A stretch of DNA of 64,000 nt from a candidate division FCPU426 bacterium (GTDB lineage Bacteria; Oederibacteriota; Muellerivitia; Muellerivitales; Muellerivitaceae): positions 64,001 to 128,000 of the forward strand of contig CAWKAR010000026.1 in NCBI GenBank assembly GCA_963847625.1, written 5' to 3'. Positions within the stretch are counted from its first letter, which is position 1, and every line of letters starts with the position of its first letter. Made by a program: the position numbers and the translations under genes. Of the stretch, positions 50,682-61,377 are shown piece by piece. Below the pieces are notes generated by a model. That model was not told where the DNA came from and searched no databases. It saw nothing but the letters and a program-made list of their open reading frames with translations.

Positions 50682-52031
50682 ATGGATTTATTTAATTCCA
50701 TACCGGAAGAAACCGACTTGGTCCGCCCGCTGGCCCTGCGCATGTCTCCCAAATCCCTGGAAGAATTCTTCGGCCAGGAGCATTTGCTGGGGGAAGGCAA
50801 GCTCCTGAGGCGCCTTCTGGAAGCCAACCGCGTGGTTTCAGTGATTCTGTACGGCCCTCCTGGAACGGGAAAAACCGCTTTTGCCCGCCTCGTGGCCCGA
50901 AGGACCAAAAGCCGGTTCACGGCTTTGAACGCGGTCACTTCGGGCCTGGCTGATTTGCGCAAGCTTTTCGATGAAGCCCTGGAAAACAAGCGCCTATACC
51001 GCCAGTCCACCATCCTTTTCCTCGACGAGATCCACCACTTCAACAAGAACCAGCAAGACGCGCTGCTCCCCCATTTGGAGCAAGGCACCATCCTCCTGAT
51101 TGGTTCCACGACGCAGAATCCTTTCTTCGCCTTGAACACGGCCCTTCTTTCCCGGTCCCGGGTCTGCGAGTTCCGGCCTTTGGAGGAAAAAGACCTGGCC
51201 CGGATCCTGGACAGGGCCCTGGCCGACGAGCAAAGGGGACTGGGCAAATTCAAGGTCGAGCTGTCATCGGACGCCAGATCCCACCTCCTGAAAACCGCCT
51301 CCGGAGACGCCAGGACCCTTCTCAATGCCCTGGAGGTGGGAGTCCTGACGACCCCGCCGGATAACGATGGTGTGATTCATTTCAACCTCCAAACCGCCGA
51401 GGAATCGATTCAAAAACGAATGGTCCAATATGACGGCTCCGGGGACCAGCACTTTGACACCATTTCGGCTTTTATCAAAAGCATTCGGGGTTCCGATCCC
51501 GATGCGGCCCTCTATTGGCTGGCCAAAATGCTGTATGCCGGGGAAGACCCCCGATTTATCGCACGCCGCCTGGTGATCTCGGCCGCGGAGGACGTGGGAA
51601 ACGCTGACCCGCAGGGTCTGGCCGTCGCGGTGGCGGCCCAGCAGGCCTTGGAATTTATCGGGCTTCCCGAAGGACGCATTCCCCTGGCGCAAGCCACGGT
51701 TTACCTGGCTTGCGCCCCTAAAAGCAACGCTTCTTATATGGGATTGGAAACCGCGACGGAGGACGTAAAAAAAGAAACCGTCAAGGAAGTGCCGGTCCAC
51801 CTGAAGGACGCCCACTATCCCGGGGCGAAGGCCCTGGGCCACGGCGAGGGCTACCAATATGCCCACCAATTCCCGGACCATTATGTCGATCAGGTTTATG
51901 CCCCCAACCTTCCCCAATATTATTTCCCGACCAACCTCGGCTATGAAAACAAGATTAAGAACTGGTTGGAACACTTAAAGGCTTTGGAAAAAACCTCTCC
52001 TTCCAAGGAAAAGCCGGATGAAAACAACTGA
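50682..52031 (+). CDS. rarA: Replication-associated recombination protein A (MgsA/RarA)
   Basis: PLALRM, GPPGTGKT, DEIH, TTQNP, SAFIKSIRGSDPDA, EDVG. Confidence 0.96.
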   Translation: MDLFNSIPEETDLVRPLALRMSPKSLEEFFGQEHLLGEGKLLRRLLEANRVVSVILYGPPGTGKTAFARLVARRTKSRFTALNAVTSGLADLRKLFDEALENKRLYRQSTILFLDEIHHFNKNQQDALLPHLEQGTILLIGSTTQNPFFALNTALLSRSRVCEFRPLEEKDLARILDRALADEQRGLGKFKVELSSDARSHLLKTASGDARTLLNALEVGVLTTPPDNDGVIHFNLQTAEESIQKRMVQYDGSGDQHFDTISAFIKSIRGSDPDAALYWLAKMLYAGEDPRFIARRLVISAAEDVGNADPQGLAVAVAAQQALEFIGLPEGRIPLAQATVYLACAPKSNASYMGLETATEDVKKETVKEVPVHLKDAHYPGAKALGHGEGYQYAHQFPDHYVDQVYAPNLPQYYFPTNLGYENKIKNWLEHLKALEKTSPSKEKPDENN

Positions 52032-52617
52032 TTCCCATGATCCCGCTCAGGGGGATAAAAACCAACTCCGGGAAAAATTGATTGTCATTCGCAATGCGGT
52101 AGATCCGGATTTGGCCGAGGCGGCCTCCCTTGGCGTCTGGAACATCCTGCAGGAGGTCCCGGAATACCAGAAGGCCCGGGGAATCGGGGCGTTCGCTTCC
52201 ATCCCCCATGAAATCAACACATACCCCATTTTGGAAGGAACCCTGGCCGCCGGTAAAAAGCTTTACCTTCCCAAAATCATGAAGGATAAGGCCCATTTCG
52301 AGTTTTACCCGGTACAAGACCTGAAAAACCTGCAACCGGGCCCCTATGACATCCTCGAACCCACCGGAAACCGCGCGGCCGAATGGGAGGAGATGGATAT
52401 GGTGCTGGTTCCCGGCTTGGCCTTCGACCGGGCGGGGCGCAGGTTAGGATTCGGAAAGGGCTACTACGACCGGGCGCTTCCCCTTCTGAAAAGTCATTGT
52501 CTCTCCGTGGGGCTGGGTTATTGCTTCCAGATCGTGGACCAAGTACCCGCCGCGGAACATGATGTCCCTGTAAAGGCCATCCTATGCGAGTCAGGATTCC
52601 GCCTTTGCGTGAAATGA
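52018..52617 (+). CDS. ygfA: 5-formyltetrahydrofolate cyclo-ligase
   Basis: ILEP, LVPGLAFD, RLGFGKGYYDR, EHDVPV. Confidence 0.93.
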   Translation: MKTTDSHDPAQGDKNQLREKLIVIRNAVDPDLAEAASLGVWNILQEVPEYQKARGIGAFASIPHEINTYPILEGTLAAGKKLYLPKIMKDKAHFEFYPVQDLKNLQPGPYDILEPTGNRAAEWEEMDMVLVPGLAFDRAGRRLGFGKGYYDRALPLLKSHCLSVGLGYCFQIVDQVPAAEHDVPVKAILCESGFRLCVK

Positions 52618-52743
52618 TCCTGGCACACGGAATAAGCCGGAATTTTTCGCATTTCGTCAGGATTGGTTTTAACCGATAATTCGGGTTTGCATTTGAAGCG
52701 CTTTTTCATTAATCTCGTCCAACGCCTGGGGGAAAACCAAACT

Positions 52744-53526
52744 ATGAATATTTTAATCATCGGGGATATTGTCGGCAAACCGGGCCGGCACGCCGCCCAC
52801 AATTGCATGACCCGGGTCAAAAATGAATTCGCGGTGGATTTTGTCGTAGCTAACGGCGAGAACCTTTCAAACGGGACAGGAATCCAACCTGAGGCTTTTA
52901 AGGGCCTTCTGGATTCCGGCGTGGATGTCGTCACCAGCGGCAACCACATTTGGGCAAAAAAGGAGGTCAGGGAAATCCTGGGAAAGGACAACCGGCTTTT
53001 AAGGCCCCATAACTATCCCGCTGAGAATCCCGGAACGGGGCTGGGGATGTACGATTGCAAAGGGACTCCGGTCGCCGTCTTGAATCTCATGGGACGGGTT
53101 TTCATGTATCCCATCGATTGCCCTTTTAAAGCCGCCGATAAGGCGCTGGATTCCCTCCAGGGCAAAGCCAAGGTCATCCTCGTGGATATGCATTGTGAGG
53201 CCACCAGCGAAAAGCGGGCCATGGGTTGGTACTTGAACGGCAGGGTGAGTTCGGTGACCGGGAGCCATACCCACATCATGACCGCGGACGAGGAAATACT
53301 TCCAGGAGGGACGGCCTACCTGACGGATATCGGCATGACCGGCTCGCCCAACTCCATCATCGGCATGAAACAAGAACAAGTCCTGTCACGCTTCCTCACG
53401 GGGGCCCCGTCCCGATTCGAAGTGGCGGAGGGGCTTCCTTATTTGTTTCAAGCGGTGGTTATTTCGGTCGACCCGGGAACGGGCAAAGCGTCCAAAATCG
53501 AGCGTATCCGCCAAATGGTGAATTGA
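52744..53526 (+). CDS. ymdB: YmdB-like metallophosphoesterase (TIGR00282)
   Basis: IGDIVGKPGR, NGEN, TSGNHIW, DMHCEATSEK, GSHTH, TDIGMTG. Confidence 0.93.
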   Translation: MNILIIGDIVGKPGRHAAHNCMTRVKNEFAVDFVVANGENLSNGTGIQPEAFKGLLDSGVDVVTSGNHIWAKKEVREILGKDNRLLRPHNYPAENPGTGLGMYDCKGTPVAVLNLMGRVFMYPIDCPFKAADKALDSLQGKAKVILVDMHCEATSEKRAMGWYLNGRVSSVTGSHTHIMTADEEILPGGTAYLTDIGMTGSPNSIIGMKQEQVLSRFLTGAPSRFEVAEGLPYLFQAVVISVDPGTGKASKIERIRQMVN

Positions 53527-53544
53527 TCCGGATGAAAGCTCTGG

Positions 53545-54618
53545 TTAAGGCAGGTTCAAATCGTTCTGGGTGACCGGGCTCTGATAGGAGTTCTCTGAAG
53601 GCCTGGGAACGGGCTTTGGTTTTGGCTTGCGGTGCGGCGGTCTCAGCTTCTTCATGTACTTAATCGCAATCTCGTTATCCTTGTCATATTTCAAGGCTTT
53701 CCCGAAGTAAGTCAAAGCTGTCTTCTTGTGCTTATGAACATAATTAATCACGCCAATGATCGCGTAAGCGTTGGCGTATTTAAAGGAGGGGAACGATCTC
53801 TCATGAATTTTCAAGGCCTTTTGTAGATTGTCCACGGCTATAGTATATGACCCTTTTTTGAAAGCCGCGATACCCCGATCGTAATACCGCTTCATTCGGG
53901 AACCCCCGCCCGATTGGAACTCCGCCATGATTTCCTCGTTCGTTAATTTAGGCTTCGTGGGGGTTTCAATCTCTACAGTAACTGCCGATGAGGGAGAAAC
54001 TATCACGGGCGAAGCTGGAGTTGCCGTCGGCGTGGGGCTCGGAACTTCCGTGGGGGTCGGGGTTGGCTGCTCCGGTAAATCGGGGAAGGACCAGCTGATG
54101 CCGAATCGGACGTCCAAATATTGGAAATATTCAGGGGAAGGCTCCATCCAATGGTTTTGCACCACGAGGTCGAGATAAATCGGTTTAGCAACTAAAACCC
54201 TGCTTCCCAAACCCATGATCCAATCATATTTCCCGTCCCAACGCCCGGGTGAATCGGGAGCGGCGTTGATGCCGATTCCCCCCAACACATAGGGCTGGAA
54301 ATTCTGGCTCCACTCCCCGAAGGGAAAAGTCCTGGCTTCGAAATTGAAAGTTTCCACCACAAAATTCGTTGCGGAATAAAAAGCCGTGTGTTCATAACTC
54401 AAACCGAGGGAAAGATTGCAGGATGGGTTCAATTCCCCCAAGGCGTTAAAACCGACCCCGTCGGTGTAACGATCTGCCAATTCCAAGGGTTCTATCGGCA
54501 TTCCATAGATGCCAAAAAAGGAAATGGAAGCAGGTGGAACTTGTCTTGCGTGGGCGGGATTCAAGAGTGCGAATAAAAATGGTAAAAGTAAAAAGCGTAG
54601 TTTAAGTTTCAATTTCAA
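53545..54618 (-). CDS. Outer-membrane beta-barrel + PT linker + TPR protein
   Basis: Signal peptide, amphipathic strands (QPYVLGGIG; YLDVRFGISWSF), PTPTPT linker, TPR-like helices. Confidence 0.7.
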   Translation of the reverse strand: MKLKLKLRFLLLPFLFALLNPAHARQVPPASISFFGIYGMPIEPLELADRYTDGVGFNALGELNPSCNLSLGLSYEHTAFYSATNFVVETFNFEARTFPFGEWSQNFQPYVLGGIGINAAPDSPGRWDGKYDWIMGLGSRVLVAKPIYLDLVVQNHWMEPSPEYFQYLDVRFGISWSFPDLPEQPTPTPTEVPSPTPTATPASPVIVSPSSAVTVEIETPTKPKLTNEEIMAEFQSGGGSRMKRYYDRGIAAFKKGSYTIAVDNLQKALKIHERSFPSFKYANAYAIIGVINYVHKHKKTALTYFGKALKYDKDNEIAIKYMKKLRPPHRKPKPKPVPRPSENSYQSPVTQNDLNLP

Positions 54619-54635
54619 TCCTTAAGAGCGTTTTT

Positions 54636-55328
54636 TTACCGGTAACGTCTGACTTCCTTAAGATGCCTCAAGGCGGTCGGATTTCGTCGTTCATACTTGA
54701 GGGCCTCATTGTAATAATCATAGGCGATGTGGTAATGGCCCTCCACGGGAAAATAAAACTGGTATATAACGCCTAGCATTGCGTTGGCCTCGGCATAATA
54801 AAATCTCCTGGTGTAACGATCATGCATGGTCAGGGATTTTTTCAAGTACCGGATGGCTTTTTCATAGTTTTTTCCCCCGTACGCCTTCATGCCGGCTTCA
54901 TAGACATCCCGCATTTTCAAAATTCCGTGCACTTGCAGGGCTAAAGGAGCCGATTCAAGGGAGGGATTCTTTTTAGGAGCCGATTCGGTTGGGGCTTCTT
55001 CAGTTTGGGCTTCCTCGGTTTGGGTTTGGGCAGTACCCTCATTCTCAACCGCTGTTTCACCCTCGGAAGATGATTCTTCAGCTGCAGCCTCTTGAGAGGC
55101 AGTGGATTCGGGAACCGCTGTGGCTACGGGAACGGGGGTGTTAGTCTGGCTTAACTTGTTTTGTTGCGGATTCGATGCTTGCGGGACAGGCGTTGGGTTA
55201 TTATCCCCCAAATCAATTTCAATGTCCGCGAATGCCCGGGATAAACCGATGGATAATATTCCCAATAAAAGTAAAAACCTCAAAGCGTTTATTTTTATTG
55301 AAAAACTGTCCCAGGAAAATAGTTTCAA
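54636..55328 (-). CDS. Exported protein with low-complexity linker and C-terminal TPR domain
   Basis: Signal peptide, P/T/E-rich region, and a TPR domain similar to that of 53545-54618. Confidence 0.7.
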   Translation of the reverse strand: MKLFSWDSFSIKINALRFLLLLGILSIGLSRAFADIEIDLGDNNPTPVPQASNPQQNKLSQTNTPVPVATAVPESTASQEAAAEESSSEGETAVENEGTAQTQTEEAQTEEAPTESAPKKNPSLESAPLALQVHGILKMRDVYEAGMKAYGGKNYEKAIRYLKKSLTMHDRYTRRFYYAEANAMLGVIYQFYFPVEGHYHIAYDYYNEALKYERRNPTALRHLKEVRRYR

Positions 55329-55413
55329 ACCCCACCTCCCGAATTCACCTAGAAGTTTAACAATTTTTCGAGGGTTTTTTTATCAAAAAACACATGGTCA
55401 AACCCCTAAAAGA

Positions 55414-56727
55414 TCAATTCCCCTTGATTTCATTCAGGCTTTCTTCAGCCGATTTCACAATCTTTATTAGGTGTTCCCTTGTTAAAGCCGTGGAAAGGAA
55501 CCAACATTCGAATTGGGAGGGAGGAAGGTAAACACCCCTTCCGAGCATGGCCCAAAAAAACTTGGCGAATTTCCCCTGATCGCATTCCTTGGCTTGGGCG
55601 TAATTTTCAACGGGCGCTTTCCTGAAAAACAACGTCGCCATGCTGCCCACCCTCTGGAAAACCGCCTCCGACGCGGTCTTCTGAATGGCGGCCCGGATCC
55701 CCTTTTCCAAATAAGAGGAAATCTCTTCTAAATAAGAGTATTTATTCCGGTAAGCCAGGGTTTTTAAGGTGGCGATTCCCGCGGCCATACAGACCGGATT
55801 TCCCGACAAAGTACCGGCCTGGTAAACCGGCCCCTCGGGGGAGATCTTTGACATCAGGTCTTCCCTGCCCCCATAGGCACCGACGGGCATTCCGCCCCCG
55901 AGGATTTTACCCAAGGTCGTGAGATCGGGTTTTATCCCGTAAAGTTCCTGGGCCCCGCCATAAGCCACCCTGAATCCCGTCATGACTTCATCGAAGATCA
56001 ACAACGATCCGTTTTTTTGGGTCAAATCCCGAAGGCCTTGGAGGAACCCTTCCTTGGGCGGAACCAGTCCCATATTCCCCGCGACCGGTTCGACGATGAC
56101 GGCCGCGATATCGTTGAAATTGGAAAAGGTTTCCTTGACCGCCGGAAGGTCGTTGTATGGAAGGCTTAAAGTAAGCGCGGCTATTTCGGCGGGAACACCC
56201 GGACTGTCGGGCAATCCCAGGGTAGCCGGTCCGCTTCCGGCGGCGACCAGGAGGCTGTCCCCGTGGCCGTGGTAACAACCGTCAAACTTGACGATCCTAT
56301 TTTTTCCCGTCGCGGCCCGGGCCAACCGGATGGCGCTGAAGGTGGCCTCTGTGCCGGAACTGACGAAGCGGATTTTCTCAATGGAGGGATAGGCCTTCTT
56401 CACCAGGACCGCCAGGTTGTTTTCCAGGGGGGACGGCGCGCCGAAAGAGAAACCTTTTTTCAAAGCCTTCTGGGCGGCTTTGAATACCGGCCCTGGCACG
56501 TGTCCCAGAATCAAGGGCCCCCAGGACCCGACCAAATCAATATACCGGTTCCCATCCACATCCATCAGGTAGGGCCCCTTGCCCCGGTTGAAGAACAGGG
56601 GCGTTCCTCCCACACCTTGGAAAGCCCTGACCGGGCTGTTCACGCCTCCCACCAGGTTTTTCTTGGACTGTTCGAACAATTTAACCGATTTATTGAATTT
56701 TTTTTGCATTTCCAAATAGCCGCTCAT
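55414..56727 (-). CDS. hemL: Glutamate-1-semialdehyde 2,1-aminomutase
   Basis: GGVNSPVRAF, SSGTEA, GCYHGH, FDEVMTGFR, LGKILGGG, YQAGTLSGNP, PSQFE. Confidence 0.97.
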   Translation of the reverse strand: MSGYLEMQKKFNKSVKLFEQSKKNLVGGVNSPVRAFQGVGGTPLFFNRGKGPYLMDVDGNRYIDLVGSWGPLILGHVPGPVFKAAQKALKKGFSFGAPSPLENNLAVLVKKAYPSIEKIRFVSSGTEATFSAIRLARAATGKNRIVKFDGCYHGHGDSLLVAAGSGPATLGLPDSPGVPAEIAALTLSLPYNDLPAVKETFSNFNDIAAVIVEPVAGNMGLVPPKEGFLQGLRDLTQKNGSLLIFDEVMTGFRVAYGGAQELYGIKPDLTTLGKILGGGMPVGAYGGREDLMSKISPEGPVYQAGTLSGNPVCMAAGIATLKTLAYRNKYSYLEEISSYLEKGIRAAIQKTASEAVFQRVGSMATLFFRKAPVENYAQAKECDQGKFAKFFWAMLGRGVYLPPSQFECWFLSTALTREHLIKIVKSAEESLNEIKGN

Positions 56728-56868
56728 TCTTCGGGATGTAAGGTCGAAAAAACTTCCGGGGTAGTTTAACCGAACCTAAATCGCATAACAATGAATGGCG
56801 GGTAAATCGGAGGGAGAAAGCCGATCAAAATCCAGGTGTCCATTGAAGGCTAAATGGGCGGTTCGATT

Positions 56869-59800
56869 TCACTTTAAGATTAATAGTTTTACGACCGACC
56901 TGCTCTTGTTGGTTTGTACCACTAGGTAATAAATGCCGTCCGCCAGCGGTTGATTCCAAGAGTCCACCAATGGAATGGTAATGACCCCCCAGACCATAGA
57001 GGGATAATTTATTTCCTGAACCTTTCGGAAGGCAATGGTGAAGATTTGCACTTTTACCGTTGAAAGCCCCGAGTAAGCCGGGGGCAGGATGCTGACCGTC
57101 GTTCCATTCGCGGGATTGGGATACACGATGCACGTCGCCACCGGCGTTAGAACCGGAGTTAAGGTGGATGTTCTTGTTGTGGTGTTCGTCGGTGTCCCAG
57201 AGGTAATGGTGTTGGTCAGTGTCTGTGTTGGTGTCGACGTGGGAGTCGGGGTATCTATGTAGGTCGGAGTATTTGTGAGCGTCAGCGTGTAAGTCGATGT
57301 AGGCGGCCCCGTGAAGGTGTAAGTCGGCGTATTCGACGGTGTGGAGGTTAAGGTGCTGGTGGGCGTGTTGGTCGGGCATCCCGTGGGTGTCAAGGTGAAG
57401 GTTGGCGTTTGAGTTGGCGGGGGCGTGACCGATGGAGTGTTAGTCACCGTAGATGTCATCGTTGCCGTATCCGTGATTACGACGGGTGTATTAGTTATTG
57501 TCTGTGTGGACGTGTTCGTCGGAGTGTTCGTGGGCAGTAACCCGCCTCCGGTCGAGGTTGGGGTGACAGTAGGGGTACTTGTAGGTGTGAACGTAGGTGT
57601 AAAGGTTGGTGTGTTTGTTGGGCATCCCGTGGGTGTCAAGGTGAAGGTTAGTGTTTGCGTCGGAGTGGATGTTCCAGTGGGTGTAATCGTGGGTGGCTGT
57701 GTGGGAGGAATCCCCGTGGTGAATGTGGGGGTTTCTGTGGGTGTCAATGTTGGCGTGAAAGTGTTCGTTGGGGTGTAAGTGTACGTCAAAGTCATCACCC
57801 CAGAGGTGAGAGTCGGTGTCGGCGTTCGAGTCGGGGTATTGGTCGGAGTAGAGGTGGGTGTAATAGTTGGGGTAGGCGTAGGTGTATTTGTCCGGGTTCG
57901 AGTCTGGGTATTGGTCGGAGTGTTCGTCGGGGTGTTCGTATAGATCGGCCCACCTCCAGTCGGAGTTGGTGTGACAGTTGAAGTAATTGTCGGTGTGAAC
58001 GTTGGCGTAAAGGTTGGTGTGTTCGTTGGGCACCCAGTGGGTGTTGCCGAAGAGGTTGGCGTCGGTGTGGGGGTTGTTGTGCGTGTGGGTGTGTTGGTTG
58101 GAGTATTCGTTGGCGAGGTTGACCCGGTCGGGGTTAGTGTCGGTGTTAATGTATTGGTCTTCGTATTCGTCGGTGTGGGAGTCGGGGTAATAGTCGAAGT
58201 AATGGTGAATGTATAAGTGGGAACGCCCGTCGGCCATGGTGTGTAAGTATTGGTGAAAGTGGGAGTAACCGTAGGCGTCGAGGTTCGGGTGACAGTCGGG
58301 GTATTCGTCAGCGTTGGTGTCGGCGTTTTAGTCGAAGTGTGAGTCGATGTCAAAGTGTTCGTCGGTGTATTCGTAATTGTAGAGGTTTTCGTTAAAGTGG
58401 GCGTCGACGTCCCAGTCGGGGTACTGGTCGAAGTTAGAGTAATAGTCGGGGTCGGCGTATAAGTCAGTGTCGGTGTGTTCGTTAGCGTAGGAGTATTCGT
58501 AGAACTAGATGTATTAGTGGGTGTATTGGTCGGGGTCGGAGTAGAAGTGGATGTATAAGTAGGAACACCTGTCGGCCAAGGTGTGGGACTATTAGTGTCG
58601 GTGGGCGTGGAGGTGGATGTCGCTGTTGGAGTGTTGGTCGGCGTACTTGTCGATGTGTTCGTGGATGTGCTGGTGGGCGTAATTGTTCGCGTTGGCGTGG
58701 GCGTGCTCGTGGGCGTGTTGGTTGGCGTAGACGTGGGGGTGGCGGTGGACGTTTTCGTTTGTGTAGGGGTATTGGTGATTGTCGGAGTATTGGTGAAAGT
58801 ATAGGTGGGAACACCTGTCGGCCATGGCGTAAAACTATTGGTGATGGTGAGTGTCAGGGTAATCGTCGACGTCAGTGTGATGGTGGATGTCGGAGTAATC
58901 GTTGGAGTAGAAGTTGGAGTAAAGGTGGTGGTGGAAGTAGGTGTGTTTGTCGGAGTCAAGGTGATAGTTGGTGTTGAAGTGAAAGTCGGGGTTAGGGTAA
59001 CAGTTGGCGTGGAAGTAGAAGTAAAGGTGAAGGTGAGTGTGGGCGTCTCTGTCGGAGTCGGAGTATTGGTGAAAGTATAAGTGGGAATACCTGTCGGCCA
59101 TATTGTAGGACTATCGGTGATGGTTGGGGTGACTGTGGGTGTGAACGTCAAAGTATTCGTTCGAGTGGGTGTTGGCGTGCGGGTGGGTGTATTGGTCGGG
59201 GTGTTCGTTGGCGATGTGGTGCCGGTCGGGCTGGGAATCGGCGAGGGCGTGTTCGTGGGCGTGTTGGTTGGCGTAGGCGTGGGGGTGATGGTGGGTGTGG
59301 GAGTTGGCGTAGGAGTGGGCGTACGGGTCGGTGTGTTCGTCGGGCATCCCGTGGGTGTCAGGGTGTTCGTTGGGGTTCGTGTCGGTGTTCGCGTCGGCGT
59401 GTTCGTCGGTGTGTTTGTTAAGGTCGTCCCACCGGTTGGAGTTGATGTGACAGAAAAAGTGTTTGTAGGGGTGAACGTAGGCGTAAAGGTTCGTGTGTTC
59501 GTCGGGCACCCCGTAGGTGTCACTGAGTAGGTTGGCGTCGGTGTCCGTGTCGGCGTATTCGTGGGCAGCAACCCGCCTCCGGTCGGTGTTGGTGTGACAG
59601 TAAAAGTACTTGTAGGGGTGAACGTACGCGTAAACGTCGGCGTGTTCGTCGGGCACCCAGTGGGTGTCACGGTTAAGGTTGAGGTTCGTGTCGGCGTAAT
59701 CGTCGACGTGGGCGTGTTCGGCGGAGTAGGCGTGTTGGTCTGGGTCATAACGCCTGGGGTATTAGTGGCAGTGGGGGTAGGCGTCGGCGTACTGGTCGAA

Positions 59801-61377
59801 GTTTTCGTGCTTGTGGGCGTCCCACACGAAGTGGGGGTGGCGGTTTTGGTTGGCGTCCAAGTCGATGTTTGCGTCGGCGTGATCGTCGGCGTGGGCGTGT
59901 TTGTAGACGTAGAATTTGTTGTGGGGGTAGGGGTAGAAGTCAAGGCAGGGGTGATGCTTGGGTCAATTGTGGGAATTAGGGTATTCGTTGGCGTTGGCGT
60001 TCGCGTGGGCGTGTTCGGCGGAGTCGGGGTATTAGTTGGGCATCCTGTTGGTGTCAACGTAAAAGTTGGTGTAGGGGTGTACGTATTGGTCGGACAACCT
60101 GTTGGTGTCACTGTGTAAGTTGGTGTCCGTGTCGGCGTAGAGGGCGGCGAGGAGGTTGGCGTGGAGGTAAACGTGGCTGTCGAAGTTCCAGGATCAAAGG
60201 TAGAAGTTGGCGTAAAGGAAAAAGTAGGGGTACTAGTGTATGTGTAGGTATACGTGGGAGTAATATTATGGGTAGGGGTGAAGATAGGACGGCTCACCGT
60301 CGCCGGGTTTGAGTTCGCGGTTCCGCCGGAATAGGCCACGCTGGCGGTATCGACGACCGTCTGGCCTTGGTTCCCCGCCCAGTAAAAATCCTCCATGCTG
60401 GCGAGAAGAGTCACGCAGGAATTCCCCGCAAAGTCCACCCAACTCGCGGGGGTCCCGCCGCTGGCCATGGGTATGGGCCAGCTGGCTAGCCCGCCGGAAA
60501 GAATGGAAGTGGGGGAAACGGACGGCATAAGCCAACCGATCATGTTGAAAGCCGTGCCGCCTGACTGCGTGTCGGTGAGGGTCACGTCCCCGTTTGATAC
60601 GGCCCCCCCGTTGTCACAGACCACGACTTGGAAGGTCACGAACATATCCCCGCCGGCTTCGTCCGCCGAGACAAGGCTTTTCGTAATGTTGAACGTCGCC
60701 GGACCCGCGACCGGCCCGTTAGAGGGGATAGTCATGGCTTGGGAGAAGAAAAGAGCGCCCCCGCAGTTGCTGGTGCTATAGGCTCCGGTGCTGTCAGATG
60801 AAACAAAAGGAACTTGCTTGCCCGTGACGGGATTGAAAATAGGTTGGGCCCAACAACAATAACCGGAGCTGGTGCTGACGGATACGGGGGACGTCCAGCC
60901 TGTGGTGGTGTAGTTGGTCGCGTACCAGTTGCTTGCCGGTGGAGTGGCCGGATTTCCGGAACTCACATAATCCATGGATACCCCGCTGCTTCCGCTGGTA
61001 ATCTCGGAATGCTGTGCGTTGGAACAAGTGATGTCCAAATCCCATGCGGCGTAGAGGTTATTGCAGGAAGTGTTTTGGGTATAGACAGCAATATAAACTT
61101 GGCTGCCGGTTAAAAGGGATGTAGGAACAGTTAAACAACCCGGAGGGCAGGATCCGGAGCCGTCCCAATTGCAATAATTGACCATGCCCAAATAAACTCC
61201 GCCGACATAAACCTGTGACCAATCGTCGCTAGAAACGCAGATTTTTGCCGTGGTGGGTGTGCATTGGGCCAGGGTTTGGGAAGGAGACAACCATCCAAAA
61301 ATAAAAAACCCCAGCAGCCCAATATAGAGCACGGGGTGTTTGAGTAATTTTAATTTGGAAAGAAAACTTAACATCAA
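56869..61377 (-). CDS. Giant secreted mucin-like Thr/Pro-rich protein with lectin-like and DUF11-like domains and T9SS type-A-like C-terminal domain
   Basis: Signal peptide, Cys-rich beta domain, ITKS...VTFQVVV..TDT Ig-like module, ~1050 aa of T/P repeats, C-terminal VYPNP...[10 protein letters not shown]...KLLILK. Confidence 0.85.
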   Translation of the reverse strand: MMLSFLSKLKLLKHPVLYIGLLGFFIFGWLSPSQTLAQCTPTTAKICVSSDDWSQVYVGGVYLGMVNYCNWDGSGSCPPGCLTVPTSLLTGSQVYIAVYTQNTSCNNLYAAWDLDITCSNAQHSEITSGSSGVSMDYVSSGNPATPPASNWYATNYTTTGWTSPVSVSTSSGYCCWAQPIFNPVTGKQVPFVSSDSTGAYSTSNCGGALFFSQAMTIPSNGPVAGPATFNITKSLVSADEAGGDMFVTFQVVVCDNGGAVSNGDVTLTDTQSGGTAFNMIGWLMPSVSPTSILSGGLASWPIPMASGGTPASWVDFAGNSCVTLLASMEDFYWAGNQGQTVVDTASVAYSGGTANSNPATVSRPIFTPTHNITPTYTYTYTSTPTFSFTPTSTFDPGTSTATFTSTPTSSPPSTPTRTPTYTVTPTGCPTNTYTPTPTFTLTPTGCPTNTPTPPNTPTRTPTPTNTLIPTIDPSITPALTSTPTPTTNSTSTNTPTPTITPTQTSTWTPTKTATPTSCGTPTSTKTSTSTPTPTPTATNTPGVMTQTNTPTPPNTPTSTITPTRTSTLTVTPTGCPTNTPTFTRTFTPTSTFTVTPTPTGGGLLPTNTPTRTPTPTYSVTPTGCPTNTRTFTPTFTPTNTFSVTSTPTGGTTLTNTPTNTPTRTPTRTPTNTLTPTGCPTNTPTRTPTPTPTPTPTITPTPTPTNTPTNTPSPIPSPTGTTSPTNTPTNTPTRTPTPTRTNTLTFTPTVTPTITDSPTIWPTGIPTYTFTNTPTPTETPTLTFTFTSTSTPTVTLTPTFTSTPTITLTPTNTPTSTTTFTPTSTPTITPTSTITLTSTITLTLTITNSFTPWPTGVPTYTFTNTPTITNTPTQTKTSTATPTSTPTNTPTSTPTPTRTITPTSTSTNTSTSTPTNTPTATSTSTPTDTNSPTPWPTGVPTYTSTSTPTPTNTPTNTSSSTNTPTLTNTPTLTYTPTPTITLTSTSTPTGTSTPTLTKTSTITNTPTNTLTSTHTSTKTPTPTLTNTPTVTRTSTPTVTPTFTNTYTPWPTGVPTYTFTITSTITPTPTPTNTKTNTLTPTLTPTGSTSPTNTPTNTPTRTTTPTPTPTSSATPTGCPTNTPTFTPTFTPTITSTVTPTPTGGGPIYTNTPTNTPTNTQTRTRTNTPTPTPTITPTSTPTNTPTRTPTPTLTSGVMTLTYTYTPTNTFTPTLTPTETPTFTTGIPPTQPPTITPTGTSTPTQTLTFTLTPTGCPTNTPTFTPTFTPTSTPTVTPTSTGGGLLPTNTPTNTSTQTITNTPVVITDTATMTSTVTNTPSVTPPPTQTPTFTLTPTGCPTNTPTSTLTSTPSNTPTYTFTGPPTSTYTLTLTNTPTYIDTPTPTSTPTQTLTNTITSGTPTNTTTRTSTLTPVLTPVATCIVYPNPANGTTVSILPPAYSGLSTVKVQIFTIAFRKVQEINYPSMVWGVITIPLVDSWNQPLADGIYYLVVQTNKSRSVVKLLILK

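Noticed and set aside
52621..52640. Sigma-54 promoter (TGGCAC...) upstream of ymdB
   Set aside because: The GG-to-GC spacing is 12 nt, not the required 10.
57140..60285. CRISPR array, or Val/Gly-rich ORFs on the + strand
   Set aside because: There is no constant repeat-spacer period and no cas genes. The repeats are codons of the Thr/Pro protein, and the V/G ORFs are its antisense shadow.
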